The notes beneath the pieces were generated by a model. It was not told the origin of the DNA. It did not search any database and was given only the letters and a program-made list of their open reading frames with translations. A stretch of 64,000 nt of DNA from Candidatus Poribacteria bacterium (lineage in GTDB: Bacteria; Poribacteria; WGA-4E; WGA-3G), in assembly GCA_965242965.1 (NCBI GenBank), contig OZ251518.1, forward strand, positions 4,000,001 to 4,064,000, written 5' to 3'. This document shows, piece by piece, positions 26,928 through 37,671 of this stretch (its first letter is position 1; the number at the start of each line of letters is the position of its first letter). The position numbers and the translations under genes were made by a program.

Positions 26928-27542
26928 ATGGCTTTTAGCGATTTCAAAACAATCCCCGAGGTCCTCGAAACATTTCAGATTACCTACGTCCGCCGTGACT
27001 TCGTCAAGAGTGGAGCAGTTGCCACCCCGTCGGAGCATTTTCTGCAAGACTTTGAATTTAACCAGCAATATATCGACGTTTTCGCATCCGAGGGCGCGCG
27101 ATGTGAGGCGATAATCTTTCCGGTGCTGAAGGAAGTCTATAAGGCTTATGCCAAGGACTACGCGCTCTGGATAAAGAAATCCATCGTTTGCGACGAAACC
27201 TTGAGCGGTATACCCGATTACTTCATCGCCACCCGGTCGAAACTGGGGATTCCCGTTGTCGGCAAGCCCCTGATAATGATGGTAGCGGCGAAGCAGAACG
27301 ACTTTGAGCAAGGCTGGGGGCAATGTCTCGCTGAATTGATAGCCGTGCAAAAGATGAATGACGATGCGGCTACGCCGGTGCATGGAATTGTCACCGATGG
27401 AAAGTTGTGGGAGTTCGGGCGGCTCGTCGGCGATGTCTTTACCCGAAATCGAACGAGTTTTACCTCGGATAATTTGCCGGTGCTACTCGGTGCAGTAGAT
27501 TCGGTATTTGATACCGCAACGGGAGCCGCGATTGAAGGCTAA
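26928..27542 (+). CDS. PD-(D/E)XK / HsdR_N-like hypothetical protein
   Basis: MAFSDFK start after GAGG; G.PDY...VAAK..DFEQGWGQCLAEL..GIVTDG..WEF. Confidence 0.7.
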   Translation: MAFSDFKTIPEVLETFQITYVRRDFVKSGAVATPSEHFLQDFEFNQQYIDVFASEGARCEAIIFPVLKEVYKAYAKDYALWIKKSIVCDETLSGIPDYFIATRSKLGIPVVGKPLIMMVAAKQNDFEQGWGQCLAELIAVQKMNDDAATPVHGIVTDGKLWEFGRLVGDVFTRNRTSFTSDNLPVLLGAVDSVFDTATGAAIEG

Positions 27543-27551
27543 GGTGGCGGC

Positions 27552-27935
27552 ATGACGATGGAATTCCTCTCTGAACTTGCCAAATCCATCATCGGAGCCA
27601 TTCTCTTGTTATTGGGGAGCATCCCTGTGCTGATTTGGTGGTTGGCTCCGTGTTTATTGGCATTCGTCCTTTTCCGCACGGCGATAAGAAAACGGAAAAG
27701 CGCGCAGGATTTCCGCATCGCTCCGAAGTCTGCCTCCCTGAAAAAGGGAAAGTTGTCACAGGAAGATAAACAGCAGCTTGCCGAGAAGATTCGGGAAAGC
27801 CGCACCACCAATCTGAAAAAAAGTTTCGCTGGCGAAGCCGGGTCCAAATACATGGCCTACGCCACAGTCGGGTTGATTTTGCTCACGCTACTGTTCGTTC
27901 TTGCAATGGTAGTTTTGAGATTTCATAGATACTAG
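27552..27935 (+). CDS. Hypothetical membrane protein
   Basis: SD AAGGTGG; hydrophobic N- and C-terminal segments. Confidence 0.6.
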   Translation: MTMEFLSELAKSIIGAILLLLGSIPVLIWWLAPCLLAFVLFRTAIRKRKSAQDFRIAPKSASLKKGKLSQEDKQQLAEKIRESRTTNLKKSFAGEAGSKYMAYATVGLILLTLLFVLAMVVLRFHRY

Positions 27936-27988
27936 TTGAGGAAGAAATTGAGACCGGGAGGTCTCGCCTACAGCGTTCGGTTTGTAAT

Positions 27989-29353
27989 ATGTCCAATCCA
28001 CACACACAGCCGCTCGTCGGCATCGAGAACTTCAGTTGGCAGAAATGGGATGCCTGCACGCACTGCGGGCTCTGCCTCCCCACCTGTCCTACCTACCGCG
28101 AATTAGGTTTGGAGACAGATTCGCCGCGGGGTAGGTTGTATCTCATGGGCAGCGCGTTTAAGCCGGAAAATGCTACGCCGCTCAACGAAGAGTGGGCAGA
28201 ATACATCTACCGATGCTTGGATTGCCGGGCGTGCGAGACGGCTTGTCCCTCCGGCGTTCACTTCGGCGAACTGCTTGAACAGGCGCGCGCCATCTACGAA
28301 AGCAACGCAAACCGTTCCACAGGATACCGATTCTGGAATGAACTCGTCTTCAAGCGGCTGCTCCCGAACCGTGAACGGCTGGATCTCCTCTTTGAACTGA
28401 TGTGGTTATACCAACGTTTGGGCATCCGCTGGCTCGTCCAAAAAACGGGGATTCTCAAGTTAATGGGACGGCTTGGGACGATGGAATCGCTGCTGCCAAA
28501 AATTCCGCCGCCGCGACTCAAATACACGATACGTGACATCACACCTGCGGAAGGCGAAACGCGGTATCGCGTCGGATTTATACCGGGTTGCGTGATGAAC
28601 CAAGTCTTCACCGAAACGAACTTGGCAACCATTCGCGTCTTGACTCGGAACGGGTGCGAGGTAGTCACGCCGCGACAGCAGACGTGCTGCGGCGCGTTGC
28701 ATCTCCATAACGGCGCGCGGGAACTCGCCGCAACCCTCGCGAAGCAGAATATTGATGCATTCGGGGACAACCATGGAAATCCATCCGCACAGTCCCTGGA
28801 AGGACTTGACGCGATTATCATCAACGCTGCAGGCTGCGGCGCGACGCTTAAGGAATACGATGCACTCCTTGAAAACGACGCGGACTACGCGGAAAAGGCG
28901 AAGCAATTCAGCGGAAAAATGCGCGACATCAGCGAATTCTTGGCTGAAATCGAAATGGTGAAACCGACTCGCGAAATGCAACGGCGTGTCACTTACGACG
29001 AACCGTGCCATCTCTTGCATGGACAAAAGGTTGGCGCGCAACCACGCAAAGTCCTCCAAGCCATTCCGGGCATTGAGTTAGTGGAATTAACCGAAGCGGA
29101 GTGGTGTTGCGGCAGCGCGGGCATCTATAACATCACGCAGCCTGAACTCTCGCAGGAGATTCTGGAACGAAAGATGGGGCATCTCGCCGATACGAACGCG
29201 GACATCGTCGCGACCGGCAATCCGGGTTGCCTCCTCCAAATTCAGGTCGGCATCCAAAAGCACGGGTTACCGATGAAAGCGATGCATCCGGTGAATCTGT
29301 TGGATTGCGCGTATCGCGGCATCGCACCGGAGGAGTGGGAATCCGTTGGCTGA
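27989..29353 (+). CDS. glcF: GlcF-like Fe-S oxidoreductase subunit
   Basis: Two CxxCxxCxxxCP motifs and two CCG domains. Confidence 0.85.
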   Translation: MSNPHTQPLVGIENFSWQKWDACTHCGLCLPTCPTYRELGLETDSPRGRLYLMGSAFKPENATPLNEEWAEYIYRCLDCRACETACPSGVHFGELLEQARAIYESNANRSTGYRFWNELVFKRLLPNRERLDLLFELMWLYQRLGIRWLVQKTGILKLMGRLGTMESLLPKIPPPRLKYTIRDITPAEGETRYRVGFIPGCVMNQVFTETNLATIRVLTRNGCEVVTPRQQTCCGALHLHNGARELAATLAKQNIDAFGDNHGNPSAQSLEGLDAIIINAAGCGATLKEYDALLENDADYAEKAKQFSGKMRDISEFLAEIEMVKPTREMQRRVTYDEPCHLLHGQKVGAQPRKVLQAIPGIELVELTEAEWCCGSAGIYNITQPELSQEILERKMGHLADTNADIVATGNPGCLLQIQVGIQKHGLPMKAMHPVNLLDCAYRGIAPEEWESVG

Positions 29354-29357
29354 ATTC

Positions 29358-29664
29358 GGTAGGCGAGACCTCCTGCGTCTCGATGTGCCCGTAGCGCGGG
29401 GGCCCTCGGATGCCATACGCGCATCCGAGCGGGTTTCCCCCGCGAGCTCCATCGTCACGATGTGTGTTTCACCCTCTGTAGTTTGTGATCGCCTGATCAC
29501 AAACAGGTCAGGATCAGGCGATCCTGACCTACAGGGGTGAGGCGGTCTGACAGCCAAACGCATGGCGAGGGACAGGCCCTCGCCCTACGATGAAGGGACG
29601 GCGTTTTTTTCACCGCAGCGCGGGGCATGTCACCGCGACACCAAGCGATTTATGAAACCTTCTC
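29358..29664. repeat. REP cluster with right TIR
   Basis: REP modules; ends TATGAAACCTTCTC. Confidence 0.85.
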
Positions 29665-29730
29665 AGCTAAATCCTTCTGGGTTAAAAAATAAAAATTTGA
29701 CTTTTTTTGTTAAATGTGGTAAAATTAATT

Positions 29731-30309
29731 ATGGTTTTGTCAGATAGGGATATTCTTCAGTATATGAAGGCGGGGAAAATCAAAATTACGCCCGCGCCGG
29801 ATTTAGAGACGCAACTCGGCAGTTGCTCAATTGACTTCAGGTTGGGCAACACGTTTCGCGTGTTTGAGCATAGCAAGTATCCCTACATCGATCTGCGCGG
29901 AGAGATTGATGTCGACGACTTGATGCGACGCGTGGACGTTCCCGATGACAATGCCTTCACGATGCAACCGGGTGAGTTCGTTCTTGCAGCAACTCGCGAG
30001 AAACTGGAGCTCGCCGATGACGTGATGGCGCGCCTCGAAGGCCGGAGCAGCCTCGGTAGACTCGGCATCATCGTGCATAGCACCGCGGGGCTCTTTGACC
30101 CGGGGTGGATAGGCATCGCGACGTTGGAGTTGGGCAACCTCGGACGCATGCCAGTCCAGTTGTATCCGGGGATGCGGATTTGTGCGTTCACATTTGAGCA
30201 GCTCTCTTCGCCTGCGAAAGTGCCCTATCAACAAAAGCCTGCAAATAAATACGCAGGCCAAAACGGCCCGGAGACAAGTCGCTTCGCGAAGGATGTTGAA
30301 TTCCGATAG
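29731..30309 (+). CDS. dcd: dCTP deaminase
   Basis: MVLSDRDI, SIDFRLG, GRSSLGRLG, TAGLFDPGW, KYAGQ. Confidence 0.96.
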   Translation: MVLSDRDILQYMKAGKIKITPAPDLETQLGSCSIDFRLGNTFRVFEHSKYPYIDLRGEIDVDDLMRRVDVPDDNAFTMQPGEFVLAATREKLELADDVMARLEGRSSLGRLGIIVHSTAGLFDPGWIGIATLELGNLGRMPVQLYPGMRICAFTFEQLSSPAKVPYQQKPANKYAGQNGPETSRFAKDVEFR

Positions 30310-30330
30310 GGAGTGGTTTGACACCGCGCA

Positions 30331-30461
30331 TGCTGAAACGTTGGGCAATTTTATGCCTAATAATAGGGCAAATCCGACAGGCATTGCCCCGTCGGAAGCC
30401 GTTCCTTGTCAAGAGTAGCAGGCGTTGCAACTCCGTCGCTACGTTTGGCACGTATTTTGCA
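30331..30461 (+). promoter_or_regulatory. sigma54 promoter with two upstream NtrC-like boxes
   Basis: TGGCAC-N5-TTGCA at 30446-30461; TGC-N11-GCA boxes at 30331-47 and 30354-70. Confidence 0.75.
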
Positions 30462-30606
30462 ATTTTTAATTTGGTATAGGACTTACGCAGCAGGAATGCG
30501 GATTCCAGCATTTGCGTTAGTCCTGTCGGTTTGGTAACGTGTTCGTCAAATGAAATGAGTTGCGCATTCAGTGACGAATCTATTATGTGTTGATAATTAG
30601 GAGGAA

Positions 30607-32034
30607 ATGCGAATGGCAATGACACCAAGTGAGGTGGTCGCACTCGCAAAAGAGAACGATATAAAAATCGTCGACCTCAAATTCATGGATCTCCCCGGCA
30701 TGTGGCAGCATTTAACGATTTTGCCCGGCGAGGTGGACGAATCCTTGTTTGAGGATGGGATTGGCTTTGACGGGTCGAGTATCCGTGGCTTCCAAGCCAT
30801 TAACGAAAGCGATATGCTGCTCTTCCCAGACCCGGCGACAGCGATGATCGACCCGGTTTGCAAGGTGCCGACGCTGAGCATCACGTGTAATATCAAAGAC
30901 CCGATTACGTTGGAGAATTACACGCGCGATGTGCGGCATATCGCACAGAAGGCCGAGGCATACCTGCAGTCCACCGGGATTGCGGATATCAGTTACTGGG
31001 GTCCTGAGGCGGAGTTCTATCTGCTCGATGATCTTCGCTATGGGCAAAACCAGCATTCGGGTTATTACTTCGTTGACTCCATCGAAGGGAGTTGGAACTC
31101 CGGCCGCGAAGAGAATCCGAACCTCGCCTATAAGCCGCGCTATAAAGAGGGTTACTTCCCCGTGCCGCCATCGGATACTTATCAGGACCTCCGTTCTGAG
31201 ATGTGTCTTAAGCTCATCGATGCTGGCATTGAAGTCGAAATGCATCACCATGAAGTCGGCACAGCTGGCCAAGGTGAGATCGACATCCGATTCGACACGA
31301 TGACCCGGGTCGGCGACAAAATTGCGTTGTATAAGTATATCATCAAGAACGTCGCCCGCGCTAACAACCTGATTGCCACGTTCATGCCGAAGCCGCTGTT
31401 CCAAGACAACGGTTCGGGGATGCACGTGCATCAAAGTCTGTGGAAGAACGGGAAGAACCTCTTCTACGATCCGCAGGGGTATTCACTGCTGAGCGATGAC
31501 GCGCTTTACTACATCGGCGGCTTGCTCACGCATGCCCGTTCGCTTTGTGCTATCATCGCGCCGACTACCAACTCCTACAAACGATTGGTACCGGGGTATG
31601 AAGCACCCGTGAACATCGCCTACTCGCAAAGGAACCGGAGCGCGTGTGTGCGCATCCCCGTCTACTCCAAGAGCGAAAAGGGGAAACGGATTGAGTTCCG
31701 CACGCCGGACCCGTCTTGCAACCCGTATCTCGCATTCAGCGCATTGCTGATGGCGGGCCTTGACGGCATCCAAAACCGCATCCATCCGGGGGACCCGCTC
31801 GACAAGGATCTCTATGATCTGGAACCGGAAGAACTCGCCGACATTGAGTCCACACCCATGTCTCTCGGCGATTCCCTCGATGCGTTAGAGGATGACCACG
31901 AGTATCTCCTCAAGGGCGATGTATTCACGCAAGATGTCATTGATGTCTGGATCGATTACAAGCGTGAGAATGAGGTCGATGCTGTGAACATGCGGCCGCA
32001 CCCGTATGAGTTCTACCTCTATCACGATATTTAA
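30607..32034 (+). CDS. glnA: Glutamine synthetase type I
   Basis: FDGSSI, HHEV, TFMPKP, NGSGMH, RIEFR, adenylylation-site DLYDL. Confidence 0.98.
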   Translation: MRMAMTPSEVVALAKENDIKIVDLKFMDLPGMWQHLTILPGEVDESLFEDGIGFDGSSIRGFQAINESDMLLFPDPATAMIDPVCKVPTLSITCNIKDPITLENYTRDVRHIAQKAEAYLQSTGIADISYWGPEAEFYLLDDLRYGQNQHSGYYFVDSIEGSWNSGREENPNLAYKPRYKEGYFPVPPSDTYQDLRSEMCLKLIDAGIEVEMHHHEVGTAGQGEIDIRFDTMTRVGDKIALYKYIIKNVARANNLIATFMPKPLFQDNGSGMHVHQSLWKNGKNLFYDPQGYSLLSDDALYYIGGLLTHARSLCAIIAPTTNSYKRLVPGYEAPVNIAYSQRNRSACVRIPVYSKSEKGKRIEFRTPDPSCNPYLAFSALLMAGLDGIQNRIHPGDPLDKDLYDLEPEELADIESTPMSLGDSLDALEDDHEYLLKGDVFTQDVIDVWIDYKRENEVDAVNMRPHPYEFYLYHDI

Positions 32035-32041
32035 GGTGGTT

Positions 32042-32071
32042 CCGGGTGGATTGTTTCGGCAATCCACCCGG
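32042..32071 (+). terminator. Hairpin after glnA
   Basis: CCGGGTGGATTG-TTTCGG-CAATCCACCCGG. Confidence 0.55.
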
Positions 32072-32080
32072 CGTAACCCT

Positions 32081-32238
32081 AACGAATACCGAATTCGTCT
32101 CTGTGGTTCGGGTTTGAACGAATACCGAATTCGCCTATGCAGTTTGGTTTGAACGAATACCGAATTCGCCTATGCCGTTCGGGTTTGAACAAATACCGAA
32201 TTCGTCTCTGTAGTTCGGGCTCGCCTGAGCCCGAACTC
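32081..32238. repeat. Four ~36-bp tandem repeats ending in a GTAG REP
   Basis: AACGAATACCGAATTCG... x4, then GTAGTTCGGGCTCGCCTGAGCCCGAAC. Confidence 0.85.
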
Positions 32239-32257
32239 TAGAGAAGAGACGATTTAA

Positions 32258-32608
<351 letters not shown>

Positions 32609-32698
32609 CCTGTAGTGTTTTTGTGGTGCGCGTAGCGGTTCCAGCGCGCCTGAAACGGTAAGGACAGGCATACGTTGCCTGTCCTTTCTGTTTAACGT

Positions 32699-33570
32699 GG
32701 GGGTGTTTCATAAATCCGTTTTCCCCGGTAGGAGAGACCTCCCGGTCTCGATGTTCCCGCCGGTCTCGATGTTCCCGTAGCGCGGGAGCCTGTCCCCCGC
32801 GAGCGTTGAATTGCGCGAGGCATGGCGAGGGGAACCCGCTCGGATGCGCGTGTGGCATCCGAGGGCCCAAGCCCTACGATAAAGTACCGCTTCTTTCCCG
32901 TAGCGCGGGGCCTGTCCCCCGCGATCTCCATCGTCACGATGCGTCTTAGGTCCTTTAGGACCTACATGTCTATAGAAAAACGTATCGGCACCTATCAAGG
33001 TCCGTAGGACCTTAATAGGAAAACGCGCGGCACATCAAGACACATTAAGGACCTAAAGGACCTTAAAGCTCTTCGCAGCCTGACGTGCTATAGACATTAA
33101 GGTCCTACGGACCTAAAGAGACGTTTTTTTCGTAGCGCGAGGCATGGCGAGGGACAGGCCCTCGCCCTACGGTGAAAAGGGGCCGTTCTGCGGCCAAGAA
33201 ACCGTCCGGTTACCGTAGCGCGGGGGCCTGTCCCCCGCGACCGTCCCGTAGGAGAGCCCTCCCGGTCTCGATGCAACCTAAAAGAGCGGTTCGGTGGACC
33301 ACAGCATGGCGAGGGGAACCCTCTCGCATGCGCGTGTGGCATGCGAGGGCCCAAGCCCTATGGTGAAAAGGGGGCCGTGCTGCGGCCAAAAAACCGTCCG
33401 GTTACCGTAGCGCGGGGGCCTGTCCCCCGCGATCGCCATCGTCACGATGCGTCTTAGGTCCTACAGCCCTAATAGCACGCGCGCCGTTTTTTTTCGTTCT
33501 CCCCTCTCTGTAGTTTGTGATCGCCTGATCACAAACGGGTCAAGATCGGGCGATCTTGACCTACAGGGGT
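32699..33570. repeat. Largest REP cluster, left TIR only
   Basis: GGGGGTGTTTCATA followed by many modules of at least 5 types. Confidence 0.9.
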
Positions 33571-33594
33571 AAGGGTGGATGTCCATAGCCGCCC

Positions 33595-34959
33595 TTAATC
33601 CCCGGAGGCGCGTTTTAACATTGACGCGACAACCGCCTCCATCGCCGGCACGGTGCCGACAGCAGGCAGCGACGACATCGCCGCCCATGTTTCATAACCT
33701 CCCTCCTGCGTCAATGCCTCGTCTGTGCAGATGTAGCCGATATAACCGTTCGCCAAACTGACGATGAACAGCGGCGCGGCATCCGATGCTGCCTTGATGT
33801 TCACGCCTGTCTCAACAAAAACTTCGCCGGGCAACGCCACAATCGCCGCCTCGCCGAGGCGCAACACTTGGATGGGCGCGGTGAGGTGTTCGGGTAACTT
33901 CGCCACGCGCTGGCATTCCATAGCGTAAATGTCAACTAACGTCTTCGGAATCGGTTGTCCGACTACCCAACTAAACGGACCGGTTTCGTAATCGTCATAA
34001 GTGCCGGGTGGCACAGATAAGATTCGTTCGGCGAGCCCGAGGTCTTCGGCGGTGATGCTTTTGCGCCGGAACTTCAACGTGCGCAATTCGCCGCTGAGCG
34101 GCAGCGTCTCGTGCATCTCCATGAACTGCATCTCGGTGATAAAATGCCCGGCGAGGACGTTCGCCATCTTCTCTGCCTGCCGATGTCCGCGCGTTGTCCA
34201 TTTCCGTTTCCCACTGAAATCAGTGTTATTAATCTGTCCCGACGCGGCGTTCCATAGTAGCGAGACGCGCGTCTCTCCCAGATAGCGTTGCATCAGCCTC
34301 CCGAAATGCCCGAAGTAGTCCGCGGAGAGCGCGTTGCCGTTGTCCGTGCCGATGTAATGCAGCGAGAAGTTGGCGACGGCGGACAGCGGCGTGCCATCCT
34401 CAGCCTCCACGAACATCATTGTTAACTCGGGGTCGATCTTGCCGGTAGGGCGAACCAGGTCTGGGTATTCAACTCCAGGGTTCATTCTCACGGTGCCATC
34501 TTTGACATGCCACCGTCGGTTGAAAGTGATGCGTTCTTCATTGACGCTGGCAAATCCTACCCGCGCCGGTGTCAGTCGCCAGACAGCTAATTCCACGGCA
34601 TCGGCGATTTTCAGCGGCACCCATTCGGTATAATCGGTATCCTCTGGGGTGCCAAGCAGGTTGGCGATTGCGACAGCGGTATGCGTATGCGTGGCGTTTA
34701 CCATCACATGGTTAGCGGGGATACCGCACCTATCGGCGATGCGTTGCTTGGCGCAGTCCACCATCTGCTCCGTAACGGCGATGAGATCACAAGTTACCAA
34801 GGCGATGCGAGTTTCGCCGTTATCAAGCACAACGGCTTTCGCGAAGAGTTCGTCGTCAACATTTTCGGCGTAACGCGCCCGAAAGCCGCCGGGTATCGCT
34901 GTACCGAGGGGCGGCGTGATATTCGCGGTGGCACTGCCGGCTTTGAGTGTCGTTGGCAT
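33595..34959 (-). CDS. Neutral/alkaline ceramidase-like protein
   Basis: ITPPLG, D.LFAKA, NATHTHT, NRR, ANFSLH, SADY, LPGE.F, LANGYIGY, GGYE. Confidence 0.8.
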   Translation of the reverse strand: MPTTLKAGSATANITPPLGTAIPGGFRARYAENVDDELFAKAVVLDNGETRIALVTCDLIAVTEQMVDCAKQRIADRCGIPANHVMVNATHTHTAVAIANLLGTPEDTDYTEWVPLKIADAVELAVWRLTPARVGFASVNEERITFNRRWHVKDGTVRMNPGVEYPDLVRPTGKIDPELTMMFVEAEDGTPLSAVANFSLHYIGTDNGNALSADYFGHFGRLMQRYLGETRVSLLWNAASGQINNTDFSGKRKWTTRGHRQAEKMANVLAGHFITEMQFMEMHETLPLSGELRTLKFRRKSITAEDLGLAERILSVPPGTYDDYETGPFSWVVGQPIPKTLVDIYAMECQRVAKLPEHLTAPIQVLRLGEAAIVALPGEVFVETGVNIKAASDAAPLFIVSLANGYIGYICTDEALTQEGGYETWAAMSSLPAVGTVPAMEAVVASMLKRASGD

Positions 34960-35103
34960 GTGTCCGGTCTCCTTTTGGCGTTTTGTCTATTCTAACAGAT
35001 TTTAACAAAATGCTGTAGAGAAGATTTTCAGATATAGGGCGGTTCGTTCGTAAAACTTTCCAAAGAAAATTATTTTTTGGTGGATTTTTTTTGGGGGATT
35101 TAT

Positions 35104-35131
35104 GGTACCTTTTGCGGGATAAGCACGTCTA
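35104..35131 (+). promoter_or_regulatory. Putative ECF promoter GGTACC-N16-CGTCTA
   Basis: Same motif and spacing at 37553, 43486 and 55382(-). Confidence 0.7.
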
Positions 35132-35266
35132 GTGTTTTTAAAAGCGTGTAGTCGTCACTTCCTTTCCGCCGTGCATAGGAATAAACAGTCGTTTTCATTT
35201 TTAACCCAGCGCGGGTGTTGTTCACCGTTGAGCAACATCCGTCTCCATCTATAGGAGTTTAGAACG

Positions 35267-36352
35267 ATGAAGATCAGACCACTACCTGTCATCGGTATCA
35301 TCGCTATAGCCCTGGTCATCGGTGTCGTCGGCTGGTTTGCGCTTAACAAGCCGCCGACGGAACCTGTGAGGATATACAAAGCCAGCGTTCCTGCACAAAA
35401 AGTTGGGCAGCAGGCAACCGAATTGACACAAACCCAAAAGGACGAGGAAGCCCAGGAAGAGGTTCAGCAAACGAGAGACAGGATGCTCGCTACGCTTGGA
35501 GCTTTGGGCGTGAAGACTGACGAACCTTATTGGCAAGAGTTCGCAAAAGTGCTGGAATCGCCAGCATTTGCCGAATACCAGAAAGCGCAAGCGAAGAGAG
35601 CCCCTGGCACCAATCTCAGTCTCTGGTGGGACTTCCTTGAATCCCAAGGCCGCACCTCCGGTAGAATTGCACAGGAAAGACAGTTCCGGGAACACTTTCC
35701 AACGGGGGACTACGCCGATTATGAACCGATGATGCGGCAGCGTCTGGCGGCACTCTTCCTGGCCGCAGAACCGCCTGAGGAAGGAACTACCGCGTTCATG
35801 CATACGCTAAATATCATGACAGAGTTTCGTAGAGAAGACGACGCGCAGCGTGTCTGGATGCGGGGGCACTTCAATGGCTACGATGGAGACTTGGCCTGGG
35901 CTGACGAGGTGCGGCAGAATGCCGCAAGCATTGTCGCTGAAGCAACCCAAATGCCCCTGGATACGGCACCGGAGTTGCCAGTTCCAAGTGCCACGCCTCC
36001 AAACCTAACGGATGTCAGTGGCGAGAATAGAGATATGGCCCCCGAGTCCCCTGCCCTCAGCGGAGACACACCATCTTTCGGAACTCTCGTGCCGCTGCCA
36101 GAAACCATCGAAGACGTTGAGACTGAACTGCTGGAACAGTTCAGTCCCGAAACACCCGAACTACCGAGGCTCCCGACTGAGGCAGATTTTGAAACCGTGC
36201 TGCGTGAACAGCTGCCACCGTCGCGATTCCAGAGTGCCATGCAAATCTTGGATCGCGACGGACTGGAAGCAGGGCTCCGGCACCTCAGGATAGCAGATCC
36301 GGAAGTTGCAGCACGCCTTGAACGCCTCATTCAGCAGAAACAGGAGGAATAA
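35267..36352 (+). CDS. Family A membrane-anchored hypothetical protein, copy 1
   Basis: N-terminal TM; LWWDFLESQG, FREHFPTG.Y.DYEPMMR, WMRG.FNGYDGD. Confidence 0.85.
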   Translation: MKIRPLPVIGIIAIALVIGVVGWFALNKPPTEPVRIYKASVPAQKVGQQATELTQTQKDEEAQEEVQQTRDRMLATLGALGVKTDEPYWQEFAKVLESPAFAEYQKAQAKRAPGTNLSLWWDFLESQGRTSGRIAQERQFREHFPTGDYADYEPMMRQRLAALFLAAEPPEEGTTAFMHTLNIMTEFRREDDAQRVWMRGHFNGYDGDLAWADEVRQNAASIVAEATQMPLDTAPELPVPSATPPNLTDVSGENRDMAPESPALSGDTPSFGTLVPLPETIEDVETELLEQFSPETPELPRLPTEADFETVLREQLPPSRFQSAMQILDRDGLEAGLRHLRIADPEVAARLERLIQQKQEE

Positions 36353-36493
36353 ACAGCGTATTCTCTTTTTGCTGTCAATAAGGGGAAACGCTAGGGCTAC
36401 CACAAATGCCATAAGAATTCCCGGGGGCGCGCTGCCAAGGCGCGCTCACCGGATTCGTTCTACGGCAGTTCAATTTCTTAAGGGAGGTATTTC

Positions 36494-37273
36494 ATGAAAA
36501 TCGTAACATCGCTCTGCCTGCTCTTTTTAATCACTGGGGGATTGCTAGGTGCAGCGACGGAATACAAGCATGCCGAGACAGCACCGACACGGCTTGAAAA
36601 AGAGACATTCGCGCGCCTGAAAAAGAAGTTCCCCAGTGCTATACTGGATAGGCACCTGAAAACCCTGCGCGAACTCGCCGAGAGTCCAGCGTATCTCAAC
36701 TTCCTATCGGTAAAGTATCCGCACCTCGCGCCCTTTAACGCGTTTGCGGATGTCGCCGACAACGTCGTCCCTGCCAAAACGCGCTACTTAACATTCTGTC
36801 GAGAACATCTCGGTATTTCGACAGCGGCGGAAATAACCGATAATGAACAGTTTGTCATACATCACGTCGTCACAGCGAGTTGGCATACTCACGCGCACCA
36901 CCGCAGTGGTGAAAAAGCGACGTACCCGGGCAAAGTGAGTCGTCCAGGCGTAGGAATCCTTAGCGAACCAGAAGGAAGAAAACTGCTGGAACGCCGATTG
37001 GGTATCCCATCCACCGATAAACTGACCCCATTGGAGTGGCACCTCACTTTCAAGGTGTTTATGTATATTGTGCCGATAGCCGAAGCACACCTCATGGAGG
37101 ATATCCGTTGGGTAAAGACGCTGTTTGAAAAACATGGGCAATCCGAGGGGATGTTGTGGGTGGCCGTGCAGGATCCGATTCTGTTTGATAGGATTCTTCA
37201 CACGTTTAGCACGGACACCACGTTCCTCAAATGTCTTTATGAACCGATTGAGGACAACCGTGACAAACGTTAG
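36494..37273 (+). CDS. Family B secreted hypothetical protein, copy 1
   Basis: Signal peptide; TLRELAESPAYL; EKHGQSEGMLWVAVQDP. Confidence 0.85.
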   Translation: MKIVTSLCLLFLITGGLLGAATEYKHAETAPTRLEKETFARLKKKFPSAILDRHLKTLRELAESPAYLNFLSVKYPHLAPFNAFADVADNVVPAKTRYLTFCREHLGISTAAEITDNEQFVIHHVVTASWHTHAHHRSGEKATYPGKVSRPGVGILSEPEGRKLLERRLGIPSTDKLTPLEWHLTFKVFMYIVPIAEAHLMEDIRWVKTLFEKHGQSEGMLWVAVQDPILFDRILHTFSTDTTFLKCLYEPIEDNRDKR

Positions 37274-37552
37274 CGCATGCAGCGTGAAACAACGTAACGG
37301 GAACGCTCTGAACCTTCAAGACGAAGAAAAAACGTGCCGCATACCGTAGGGCGAGGGCCTGTCCCTCGCCAGGCTCTGGGGCACGCCAGCGATCGCGGGG
37401 GACAGGCCCCCGCGCTACGGGCCAGGGAGGAGTTCTCCTCGGCGATCGCGGGGGACAGGCCCCCGCGCTACGGGCCAGGGAGGAGTTCTCCTCGCCATGC
37501 GCCGTTCGGGATCAGGCGATTCAACAGAAAATCATTTTTTTCGTGGCTTTAT

Positions 37553-37580
37553 GGTACCTTTTGCGTAATAAACACGTCTA
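37553..37580 (+). promoter_or_regulatory. Putative ECF promoter
   Basis: GGTACC-TTTTGCGTAATAAACA-CGTCTA. Confidence 0.7.
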
Positions 37581-37671
37581 GTGTTTTTAAAAGCGTGTAT
37601 TCGTCATGCGATTTCCATTTTACGAGGGACGGATTTTGTCCATCTAAACCCTCTCTAACAGGAGAATAGCA

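Noticed and set aside
32081-32238. CRISPR-like 36-bp periodic repeats between glnA and glnB
   Set aside because: The would-be spacers are homologous to each other and short, the array ends in a REP hairpin, and no cas genes are present.
32945-33120. GGTCC-NNN-GGACC hairpins with ~22-bp spacers as a mini-CRISPR
   Set aside because: Units are in inverted orientation and the spacers are homologous between loci (19075, 39140, 44760); this is a nested palindromic module.
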